This document shows, in pieces, positions 25,620 to 33,402 of a stretch of 44,017 bases of DNA. The notes under the pieces were generated by a model. That model was not told the origin of the DNA, did not search any database, and saw nothing but the letters and a program-made list of their open reading frames with translations. Both the position numbers and the translations under genes were made by a program. This stretch comes from an uncultured Candidatus Saccharibacteria bacterium (GTDB lineage: Bacteria; Patescibacteriota; Minisyncoccia; Minisyncoccales; PEYH01): positions 1 through 44,017 of the forward strand of contig CAYNAD010000001.1 in NCBI GenBank assembly GCA_964395215.1, written 5' to 3'. The first letter of the stretch is position 1; each line of letters begins with the position of its first letter.

Positions 25620-25877
25620 ATGTCGGGAGTTAGTTTTGAAACAGGAGCAGTATTTGAGAGTATTCCAGGAGACATTTCCGACGTTGTAGTAACTATACGC
25701 CGGGATGCGAATGGGATAGTAATCGGCACTTCTCGGATAAAAGGGAAGCCAGGAATCAATAAGGATGGGGTTCGTTTCTTATTGGAAAAAGGTGGAGCAT
25801 ATTTTATCGGAGATGATCATATGCCCGTTAAGCAAAGAATCGAAATGTTCCAACAGCTCGGAGGGGAACTACAATAG
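25620..25877 (+). CDS. Hypothetical small protein (85 aa)
   Basis: AGGAGG lies 5 nt upstream of the ATG and the gene has its own terminator. I do not recognise a family. Confidence 0.6.
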   Translation: MSGVSFETGAVFESIPGDISDVVVTIRRDANGIVIGTSRIKGKPGINKDGVRFLLEKGGAYFIGDDHMPVKQRIEMFQQLGGELQ

Positions 25878-25886
25878 TAACGTAGC

Positions 25887-25925
25887 GGGGATGGGTGCAA
25901 TCTGTGCCTACCCCCACTTTTTTTT
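25887..25925 (+). terminator. Rho-independent terminator
   Basis: Imperfect GC-rich hairpin GGGGATGGGTGC...GTGCCTACCCCC followed by T8. Confidence 0.65.
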
Positions 25926-25946
25926 GAGATAAAGATATTCGTGTTA

Positions 25947-26136
25947 TAATTAAACTACTTTTAAAAAATATATAACAGTTTAATTTCAAGGTTCTGAGGA
26001 GCAAAGCGACGAGGGTTCTTATAATTAGGTATAATTTAAAGGTTCTGCTGAAAGCAGGTTCTTCTAATTAAACTACTTTGGAAAAATATATGACAAATTT
26101 AATTTCAAGGTTCTACTGAAGGCAGGTTCTTATAAT
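25947..26136 (+). repeat. Tandem repeat array upstream of murJ: two long units plus one short unit, each with a GGTTCT-N-GGTTCT core ending in T(A/C)TAAT
   Basis: Long units at 25947-26025 and 26065-26136 share TAATTAAACTACTTT..AAAAATATAT.ACA..TTTAATTTCAAGGTTCT...GGTTCTTATAAT. A short unit lies at 26030-26068. Six GGTTCT hexamers occur at 25990, 26014, 26041, 26057, 26109 and 26125. Confidence 0.85.
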
Positions 26137-26142
26137 AATCAA

Positions 26143-27828
26143 ATGATTAAGAGAATTTTTAGGAAAACAACTAATACCATCACCGCGGCTGCTTATGTAT
26201 TAGCTGTTTCCAGCATTGTCAGCGCTTTACTCGGCCTATTACGAGATCGAATGCTGGCTGGTAGATTTGGAGCGGGAGAAGAATTGGATATTTATTATGC
26301 AGCCTTTAGAATTCCTAATTTAGTCTATGGGCTTTTAGTATCTGGTGGCGTAATCGCCGCTTTTTTACCTGTTTTTTCGCAATATATGCAAAAGGATAAA
26401 GAGGAGGCATGGAAATTAACAAGTAACAGCTTGAATGTTTTTCTTCTCTTTTCTATTATTGTTTGTGGTTTATTGTTTATCTTTGCTCCATTTTTAGTAA
26501 AACTTGTTGTGCCTGGGTTTGGTCCAGAGAATAGAGAACTTACAGTGCTTTTAACAAGAATAATGTTTCTTAGTCCCATATTTTTTGGGGTTTCTAATAT
26601 TTTTGCCAGTATTCTTCAGTATTATAATCATTTTATTATTTTCGCTTTGTCACCGATTTTTTATAACCTTGGCATTATTTTCGGTATTCTATTCCTAGCT
26701 CCTCGCTTTGGGGTAATCGGCTTGGCAATGGGCGTTGTTATAGGTGCTTTTTTCCATTGGTTGATTCAGATACCGGGTGCTGTAATAAACGGATTTAAAT
26801 ACAGACCGATCTTTAATTTAAAATCCAAGGGTTTAAGAAAAATAATTAGGCTGATGATTCCGCGAACTATCAATTCATTTGCCACTCATTTTAATTTGAT
26901 TGTTGTGACAGCCATTGCTTCAACTATTGGAGTAGGTAATATTTCTATTTTTAACTTTTCTGAACACTTAAGGTCAATGCCTATTCACATTGTTGGTGCT
27001 TCTTTCGCTGTGGCTTCTTATCCTTTCTTAGCAAAAGCCTGGGCTAACAAAGAGAAGGAAAAGTTTTTATCAAGTATCTCCGTCACTTTTAGGCAAACAA
27101 TGTTTTTAGCGATTCCAATAAGTTTTCTTTTGTTTCTTTTAAGGGGCCAGATTGTGAGAATATTTTTGGGAGTGGGCAAATTTAGCTGGACAGACACTCG
27201 CCTAACAGCCGCTTCTTTGGGCTTGTTTGTCATAGGTATTTTTGCCTTTTGTTTAATTCCGTTTTTAGCTAGAGTTTTTTATTCTTTGCATAATACCAAA
27301 ACCCCGCTTTTAATAAGCTTGATTACTTTGCCTATTTCCGTTTTGTTTTCATTTCTATTTGTTTGGCTTTTAAAGTTTGACAATGCTTTTTATAGATTTT
27401 TTGCTAATATTTTAAATTTAAAAGATATAGAGAATATTGCTGTAGTTGGCTTGCCATTAGCTATCTCTTTAGCAGCTATTTTTCAGGCAATATTGCTTTT
27501 GCTATTTTTAAAGAAGAGAATAACCGGTTTTCCTTTGAAAACGATATTCTTGTCTTTTAAGAAGATTCTCTTGGTTAGTGTTTTAATGTCAGTCATTGTT
27601 TATTTAGTTTTGTTTTTAGTTGCTTCAAATCTAAATGTCTTAACGGTTTCAGGTATTTTTATTCAAACTGTAATAGCGGCTATAGTAGGCGTTTTGTCAT
27701 ATTGGTTTTTCGGCTATTTATTCAAGATAGAAGAACTTCAATATTTTCACATAAAGATATGTTCCATTCTAAAAAAGAAAGAACTTATTATTCCAAGTGC
27801 TGACACGATAGACGAAGAGGTGAGTTAG
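26143..27828 (+). CDS. murJ: Lipid II flippase MurJ (MviN family)
   Basis: 561-aa polytopic ORF. The N-terminus SSIVSALLGLLRDRMLAGRFGAGEELDIYYAAFRIPN is typical of MurJ. Confidence 0.9.
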   Translation: MIKRIFRKTTNTITAAAYVLAVSSIVSALLGLLRDRMLAGRFGAGEELDIYYAAFRIPNLVYGLLVSGGVIAAFLPVFSQYMQKDKEEAWKLTSNSLNVFLLFSIIVCGLLFIFAPFLVKLVVPGFGPENRELTVLLTRIMFLSPIFFGVSNIFASILQYYNHFIIFALSPIFYNLGIIFGILFLAPRFGVIGLAMGVVIGAFFHWLIQIPGAVINGFKYRPIFNLKSKGLRKIIRLMIPRTINSFATHFNLIVVTAIASTIGVGNISIFNFSEHLRSMPIHIVGASFAVASYPFLAKAWANKEKEKFLSSISVTFRQTMFLAIPISFLLFLLRGQIVRIFLGVGKFSWTDTRLTAASLGLFVIGIFAFCLIPFLARVFYSLHNTKTPLLISLITLPISVLFSFLFVWLLKFDNAFYRFFANILNLKDIENIAVVGLPLAISLAAIFQAILLLLFLKKRITGFPLKTIFLSFKKILLVSVLMSVIVYLVLFLVASNLNVLTVSGIFIQTVIAAIVGVLSYWFFGYLFKIEELQYFHIKICSILKKKELIIPSADTIDEEVS

Positions 27829-27855
27829 TCTTAGTTTAACTTTAGCTTGTTTTGG

Positions 27856-27883
27856 TACTCATAATTAGTTATGAGTATTTTTT
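27856..27883 (+). terminator. Terminator after murJ
   Basis: TACTCATAA-TTAG-TTATGAGTA followed by T6. Confidence 0.8.
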
Positions 27884-27884
27884 A

Positions 27885-27912
27885 TTGACAAAGATTTATG
27901 ATTTGATACTAT
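27885..27912 (+). promoter_or_regulatory. Sigma-70-type promoter
   Basis: TTGACA-16 nt-TACTAT. Confidence 0.65.
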
Positions 27913-27918
27913 ATGATT

Positions 27919-28100
27919 AATAGAGGATTTCGCCTTTCTCTAAGTTTCAAGATTATGGTTTACATGTAGGGTTCCTGGAATTCGGTGGGGGTTCCTCCTT
28001 CCTCCACCGATCCAGGATTCTCTGGACACAGCACACTATACGCAGCATATTGCTCTTTACCTTGCACATAGCGGACACATTTGTATCCGCTTTTGCTTTT
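27919..28100 (+). promoter_or_regulatory. ~180-nt structured transcript unit (lepA leader/attenuator or independent sRNA)
   Basis: A strong hairpin, CCTGGA..TCGGTGG / CCACCGA-TCCAGG (27974-28016), carries the 15-nt loop GGGTTCCTCCTTCCT. An intrinsic terminator, AGCGGA-10 nt-TCCGCT + TTTTGCTTTT (28070-28100), ends 43 nt before the lepA ATG. Confidence 0.45.
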
Positions 28101-28143
28101 AGGAATCGCAAAAAATTGTATTTTCTGCTAGAATAAATTTATT

Positions 28144-29934
28144 ATGAAAGATAAGATAAGGAATTTTGGAATTATAAGTCATATTGACCACGGAAAATCA
28201 ACTTTAGCTGATAGGCTTTTGGAATTAACCTCAACTATTGAGGCAAAAAAGATGAGACCCCAGTTTTTGGATATGATGGATATAGAAAGAGAGAGGGGGA
28301 TTACTATAAAACTCCAGCCAGTGAGAATGGAATATAAGGGCTATATTCTCAATATGATTGATACTCCCGGGCACGTTGATTTCTCTTACGAAGTTTCTAG
28401 AAGTTTGGCTGCGATTGAAGGCGTTTTGCTTTTAGTAGATGTGTCTAAAGGAATTCAGGCACAAACCTTGGCTAATTTAGAAATGGCAAAAAAGCAAGGA
28501 CTTAAAATTATTCCGATTATAAACAAGGTTGATTTAATGGATAACACACAGGCGGGTTTATCTATTGATGAAGACAGAGCCAATGAAGTGGAGCAGGAAA
28601 TAGTAGGGCTTTTAGATGTCGAGCCAAAAGAAATTTTAAGAATTTCTGCTAAGAGCGGTTTTAATATTGAAAAAGTGCTTGAGCGGATAATTTCAGATAT
28701 TCCATCGCCCGAAGATAAAAGCAATAAGCCGTTAAGCGCGTTGATTTTTGATTTTGAATATGATTCTTATCTTGGAGTGATAGCTTTTATAAGGGTGATT
28801 GACAACGAACTTAAAAAGGACGATAAACTTTATTTATTAAATTCCAAAAGCAAGGCACAGGCAAAAGAAGTTGGCTGTTTTAAGCCTCAAAGGTATAAAA
28901 AGGATATTTTAAAAAGTGGAGAAATCGGGTATGTTGTTTTAGGAATTAAGGAGCCGGAAAAGGTTAAGATTGGAGACACAATTACGAATATGGAAGAAAG
29001 AGCAGAGCCTCTATCTGGATACGAGGTACCAAGTCCGGTGGTTTTTATGGGCGTGTTTCCTGAAAATCCCAATAACTGGAATATGCTGAGAGAAGCACTT
29101 TCAAAATTTAAATTAAACGATCCTTCTTTGATTTTTAAACAGGAATCAAAAATGAGTTTAGGCCAGGGATTCCAATGCGGATTTTTAGGACTTTTACACG
29201 CAGAGATTGTGATAGAAAGGTTAAAAAGAGAATTCAACCTTGAATTGATAACTTCTGCCCCTTCAGTTAGCTATAAGATAATTGATCACAAAGATAAAGT
29301 AAATGTTATTTGCTCTGCAGCTGATTGGCCCGATGGTTCTAAAATTAAAAAAACCCAAGAACAGATATGTGAGTTTAAGATCATTGTGCCACAAGATTAT
29401 CTTGGCCAAGCGCTTGAATTATTGGAGAATAAAAGTCCGGAAATAAGACATTTGAGCAGGGATAAAAAACTCTTAGTTTGTGAAATCCCTTTTAGGGAAA
29501 TAATGGATAATTTTTATGATAAATTAAAAAGTGCCACAAAAGGTTTTGGCTCAATGGAATACAAAATTATCAGCTGGCAGGACGCTGATTTAGCAAAGCT
29601 TGAAATTTTGGTTTTAGGCGAGCTAAGAGAATCTTTTTCTTCAATTGTGCCTAAAGATTGCGCCTACGAGAAAGCTAAGGCGATTCTTGAAAAACTTTTT
29701 TCAGTTTTTCCGCCCCAGCTTTTCGATGTGCCATTGCAGGCAAGAGTAGGAGGTACAATTATTTCCAGGAAAACAGTCAGAGCTAGAAGAAAAGATGTCA
29801 CTGGTGCCTTATATGGAGGCGACTATACAAGAAAGAAAAAACTTTTGGAACAGCAGAAGAAAGGTAAGCAAAAATTAAAACAAAGAGCAAAAATTAAAAT
29901 ACCTCAAGAAGTATTTTGGAAGCTCTATAGATAG
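28144..29934 (+). CDS. lepA: Elongation factor 4 (LepA)
   Basis: 596-aa ORF with GTPase motifs NFGIISHIDHGKSTLADRL, DTPGHVDF and NKVD, plus the LepA C-terminal domain. Confidence 0.95.
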   Translation: MKDKIRNFGIISHIDHGKSTLADRLLELTSTIEAKKMRPQFLDMMDIERERGITIKLQPVRMEYKGYILNMIDTPGHVDFSYEVSRSLAAIEGVLLLVDVSKGIQAQTLANLEMAKKQGLKIIPIINKVDLMDNTQAGLSIDEDRANEVEQEIVGLLDVEPKEILRISAKSGFNIEKVLERIISDIPSPEDKSNKPLSALIFDFEYDSYLGVIAFIRVIDNELKKDDKLYLLNSKSKAQAKEVGCFKPQRYKKDILKSGEIGYVVLGIKEPEKVKIGDTITNMEERAEPLSGYEVPSPVVFMGVFPENPNNWNMLREALSKFKLNDPSLIFKQESKMSLGQGFQCGFLGLLHAEIVIERLKREFNLELITSAPSVSYKIIDHKDKVNVICSAADWPDGSKIKKTQEQICEFKIIVPQDYLGQALELLENKSPEIRHLSRDKKLLVCEIPFREIMDNFYDKLKSATKGFGSMEYKIISWQDADLAKLEILVLGELRESFSSIVPKDCAYEKAKAILEKLFSVFPPQLFDVPLQARVGGTIISRKTVRARRKDVTGALYGGDYTRKKKLLEQQKKGKQKLKQRAKIKIPQEVFWKLYR

Positions 29935-30074
29935 AGTTGAAAAAATCAGAATATGGGGTATCATTTAAACAAAGGAGCAATAGCCCAGCTAACCATGCTT
30001 AGAGCTACTAAGCTAATCATCATTATCCAGATGACCCTTGCGATTTTTTTAGAATTTAATTTCATATTAAATCT

Positions 30075-30482
30075 ATGATAACAAAAAAAACTTCTAAAGC
30101 AAAGCGCTCTCCATCAGATAATTTGTTAATTGCTCTTTTGCTCGTCTTTAATCTCACAATTTTAGGATTTCTTCTGATTGCTAATGTCAGATTATTCTCG
30201 CAAACAGGTGAATCAAAAGACAAGTATTTGGATTTAAATCAAGAGATAAGGGAACTTGAAAAGAAGAATGGCGAGCTAGAAGAACTTTTGGCTATTACAA
30301 ACGATGAGGTAGAGGTAGAAAAGTTTTTACGAGAAAAAGGGCTTTATAAAAAGCCGGGGGAAGAAGTTGTGGTGATTAAAAGAGAAGAAGGAGAGCAGGA
30401 AGTTAATATTGTTCCACAATACAGTGCTTCTTTATTAGATAAAATAACTGATTTTTTCAAAAATATTCTCGGGCGGGATTAG
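30075..30482 (+). CDS. Septum formation initiator (FtsB/DivIC)-like protein
   Basis: 135-aa ORF with a single TM, a coiled coil (LDLNQEIRELEKKNGELEELL) and the EKFLREKGLYKKPGEEVVVI motif. The last 10 nt overlap tRNA-Gly. Confidence 0.6.
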   Translation: MITKKTSKAKRSPSDNLLIALLLVFNLTILGFLLIANVRLFSQTGESKDKYLDLNQEIRELEKKNGELEELLAITNDEVEVEKFLREKGLYKKPGEEVVVIKREEGEQEVNIVPQYSASLLDKITDFFKNILGRD

Positions 30483-30543
30483 TATAGTGGTAGTACATGA
30501 CCTTCCCAAGGTTAGGGCGCCAGTTCGATCCTGGTATCCCGCT
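30473..30543 (+). tRNA. tRNA-Gly (anticodon CCC)
   Basis: Manual cloverleaf: GCGGGAT/ATCCCGC acceptor, anticodon loop TTCCCAA, T-loop TTCGATC. 71 nt, with no encoded CCA. Confidence 0.9.
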
Positions 30544-30569
30544 TGATTTAATTTAATATAAAAATAATC

Positions 30570-30641
30570 GCCGATGTAGCTCAGTGGGAGAGCAACTCTT
30601 TCGTAAAGAGTAGGCCATCGGTTCAAATCCGATCATCGGCT
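30570..30641 (+). tRNA. tRNA-Thr (anticodon CGT)
   Basis: Manual cloverleaf: GCCGATG/CATCGGC acceptor, D-arm GCTC-AGTGGGA-GAGC, anticodon loop TTCGTAA, T-loop TTCAAAT. 72 nt, with no encoded CCA. Confidence 0.9.
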
Positions 30642-30642
30642 T

Positions 30643-31714
30643 ATGAAAGAACAAATTAGTTTAAAAGAAATAAAAGATAAACTCCATCATTTGATGGACT
30701 GTCTTTGATTTAGAGAAGAAGAAAAAAGAATTAAAGGAAATAGAAGTAAAGTTTTCTAAGAGTGATTGGAAAGATAAAGAGAAGATGATTGAATTGAATC
30801 AAAAATTTACTGGGTTGAAAGAAGAATTAGCCGGATGGGAGGAATTAGAAAAAGAAGTAAAGGATTTTGAAGACTTGGTTGCCCTAGAAGAAGATGTTTC
30901 TCTTGATGAAATAGTCAAGAAGATAGAGAAAAAAGAAACAGAAGTATTTTTATCTGGTCAGTATGATAGGAACAATGCAATTTTAACAATTGTTTCAGGC
31001 GCTGGAGGAAAAGATGCCCAGGATTGGGCAGCTATTATTTTAAGAATGTATCAGCGATACTGCGAAAGGGCAGGATTTAAAGCACAAATTCTTTCACAGA
31101 ACTTTGGAGAATCAGGACCTGAATCAAGGATTGGGATTAAGGAAGCTGTGTTGGAGGTAAAAGGCAGATTTGCTTATGGTCTACTCAAGGGAGAGTCGGG
31201 TGTTCATAGATTGGTGCGCTTGTCTCCCTTCTCTGCCAAGAGTTTGAGACACACATCTTTTGCTTTAGTAGATGTTTTGCCTCAATTGTCTGATAAGGAA
31301 GGGGATATAGAGATCAGAGATGAAGATTTGAGAATAGATACTTATAGGGCTAGTGGCCCGGGCGGTCAGTATGTTAATAAGAGGGATAGCGCTGTGCGAA
31401 TTACTCATTTGCCCACCAAGACCATGGTTGCCTGTCAGGCAGAGAGAACTCAAGGAACGAATAGAAAAAAAGCCATAGAAATGTTAAAATCAAAACTGGC
31501 GTTATTGAAAAAGAAAGAAGCCAAAGAAGAGGTAACAAAAATTAAAGGTAATCAAGTGAAAGTGGAATGGGGGAGCCAGATAAGATCATATGTTCTTTAT
31601 CCTTATAAAATGGTGAAAGATCATAGAACTAAAATAGAAACCAGCGATGTAGATGATGTGTTAGATGGCAATTTAGAGGAGTTTATAAAAGCAGAACTTA
31701 AAACATTTAATTAA
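30643..31714 (+). CDS. prfB: Peptide chain release factor 2, requiring a programmed +1 frameshift (30643..30705 joined to 30707..31714)
   Basis: Frame 0 reads MKEQISLKEIKDKLHHLMDCL and then hits CTT TGA (30703-30708). The +1 frame continues DLEKKKKELKE... into the long ORF, which carries SPF (LSPFSAK) and GGQ (GPGGQYVN). Confidence 0.9.
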
Positions 31715-31716
31715 GC

Positions 31717-32397
31717 ATGATAATATTTGAAAATGTTAGTAAAATTTACCCACCTGATAGTGTGGCGCTAAAAGATGTAAGTTTTGAAGTTGAAAAAGGG
31801 GGATTTGTATCTATCGTAGGTAAATCAGGGGCAGGGAAGACCACTTTAGTGAAGCTTCTTTTGAGAGAAGAGGAACCGAGCGAAGGGAAAATCTATTTTA
31901 ATGACTATAATATATTAGACATTAAAACATCTTGTCTCCCGCTTTATCGGCAAAAAATTGGAGCAGTGTTTCAAGATTATCGGCTTTTGAATAATAAGAC
32001 GGTTTATGAAAATGTGGCTTATGCGATGGAAGTAATGGGAGGAAGTGATTATGAGATTGAGAGAGATGTGCCACAGCTTTTGAAGATTGTCGGTTTAGAA
32101 GATAAATTTTGTAATTTTCCAAGAGAAATATCAGGAGGGGAGAAACAAAGAACTGCTATTGCTAGAGCTTTGGCAGTAAGGCCAGATGTCATAATAGCTG
32201 ATGAGCCAACTGGTAACCTGGATCCGTATCACAGCAAAGAGATAATAGATTTGTTGGAAAAAATTAATGAAATGGGAACTACTGTAATTCTTTCCACCCA
32301 CGACAAAGAGGTTATTAATAGTTTGAAAAAAAGGGTTATAACCCTAGAAGATGGCGCATTGGTGCGTGATGAGCAAAAAGGAAGATTTATACTTTAA
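31717..32397 (+). CDS. ftsE: Cell division ABC ATPase FtsE
   Basis: 226-aa ORF with Walker A GKSGAGKTT, signature ISGGEKQR and Walker B IIADEPTGNLD. Confidence 0.9.
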   Translation: MIIFENVSKIYPPDSVALKDVSFEVEKGGFVSIVGKSGAGKTTLVKLLLREEEPSEGKIYFNDYNILDIKTSCLPLYRQKIGAVFQDYRLLNNKTVYENVAYAMEVMGGSDYEIERDVPQLLKIVGLEDKFCNFPREISGGEKQRTAIARALAVRPDVIIADEPTGNLDPYHSKEIIDLLEKINEMGTTVILSTHDKEVINSLKKRVITLEDGALVRDEQKGRFIL

Positions 32398-32401
32398 AAT
32401 T

Positions 32402-33310
32402 ATGTTTACTTACATTAGAAGAATAACTCGTTTCGGCTGGCAAAGCTTTTTAAGAGAAGGCAGTTTAAATCTGGCAACAGTTTTTGTTATTATTGTTACT
32501 ATCAGCTTATTTACCTTTCTTTTTGCTAGCCAGGGAATTGTTGAGTATTTGATTGATGGGATCAAGGACAAAATTGATATAAGCGTATATATTAATCCTG
32601 AATCAAGTCAAAAAGACATTATTGATGCAAGAGATCGATTAGAAGAACTGCCCACGGTTCAAAGCGTAACTTTTTTGTCAAAAGAAGAGGTATTAGAAGA
32701 ATTTAGAAATAGGCACATCAATGACCCAGTGATTTTAGAATCATTGGAAGTGGTTGGGACTAATCCTTTTTACGCTTCTCTGAATATCAGGGCGCAGGAT
32801 ACCAATGAGTATGCCTCAATCCTTACACTTCTTAATTCTACTACTTTTGAAGATGTTGTTCATAAAGTTGATTATTTGGAAAAGAAAACTGTTATTGATA
32901 AGCTTTCCAGTTTTATAGCTAACATCAACAGTATTGGCCTTGTTTCAGCGATTGTTCTTGCCATTGTAGCGATTTTGGTTGCTTTTAATACTATTAGGGT
33001 GGCAATTTATGATGCCAGCAAAGAGATTTCTATAATGCGGTTGGTTGGTTCGCCCAATAAGTTTATCAGAGGGCCTTTTATGGTGCAGGGGATTATCAAT
33101 GGTACTATTGCGGCAATTATTTCTTGTTTATTATTCCTGTTATTCGTTAATATTTTCGGGCCAAAAATAGAGGGCGTGACCAATGGTTTTGATTTGGGTC
33201 AATGGTGGACATCTAATCTCGGTGTCATCATCATTATTCAATTATTCTCAGGAATTGCTCTAGGAGCTATTTCTAGCTTGATTGCTATAAGAAAATATCT
33301 TAAGGTGTAG
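32402..33310 (+). CDS. ftsX: Cell division permease-like protein FtsX
   Basis: 4-TM topology with a periplasmic loop. Adjacent to ftsE. I prefer the ATG at 32402 over the track start at 32351, which overlaps ftsE. Confidence 0.85.
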   Translation: MFTYIRRITRFGWQSFLREGSLNLATVFVIIVTISLFTFLFASQGIVEYLIDGIKDKIDISVYINPESSQKDIIDARDRLEELPTVQSVTFLSKEEVLEEFRNRHINDPVILESLEVVGTNPFYASLNIRAQDTNEYASILTLLNSTTFEDVVHKVDYLEKKTVIDKLSSFIANINSIGLVSAIVLAIVAILVAFNTIRVAIYDASKEISIMRLVGSPNKFIRGPFMVQGIINGTIAAIISCLLFLLFVNIFGPKIEGVTNGFDLGQWWTSNLGVIIIIQLFSGIALGAISSLIAIRKYLKV

Positions 33311-33322
33311 ATTACACCACTT

Positions 33323-33393
33323 TGCCGGGTCGGCTAACGGTAGGCCAATGGATTCTGGATCCATTAATCTAGGTTCGAATCCTAGCCCGGCAA
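33323..33393 (+). tRNA. tRNA-Gln (anticodon CTG)
   Basis: Manual cloverleaf: TGCCGGG/CCCGGCA acceptor, anticodon stem ATGGA/TCCAT with loop TTCTGGA, T-loop TTCGAAT. 71 nt. Confidence 0.85.
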
Positions 33394-33402
33394 CACGCTA
33401 GT

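Noticed and set aside
25947-26136. CRISPR array hypothesis for the murJ-upstream repeats
   Set aside because: There are only three units of unequal length, the variable parts are 10-18 nt rather than spacer-sized, and no cas genes are in the window.
27974-28016. Idea that the lepA-upstream hairpin is SRP (4.5S) RNA, 6S RNA or tmRNA
   Set aside because: Neither strand has the GNRA-capped helix-8 motif (GGAA...AGCA) of SRP RNA. The 5' and 3' ends do not pair as in 6S RNA. There is no tRNA-like end or tag ORF as in tmRNA.
29961-30065. Unlisted 34-aa minus-strand ORF (MKLNSKKIARVIWIMMISLVALSMVSWAIAPLFK) between lepA and the FtsB-like gene
   Set aside because: It is hydrophobic and could be a real micro-protein. 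However, there is no SD, no evident promoter (that would have to lie inside the FtsB-like CDS) and no way to test conservation here. I did not call it as a feature.
30435-30626. 63-aa minus-strand ORF
   Set aside because: It lies entirely antisense to two well-formed tRNA genes (Gly and Thr), so it is an artefact.
30703-30708. Alternative genetic code (UGA sense codon) as the explanation for the in-frame TGA in prfB
   Set aside because: The site is the canonical CTT TGA RF2 frameshift site. RF2 itself is encoded, and TGA terminates several well-delimited genes here (metK, the first PKD gene, the ligase-like gene).
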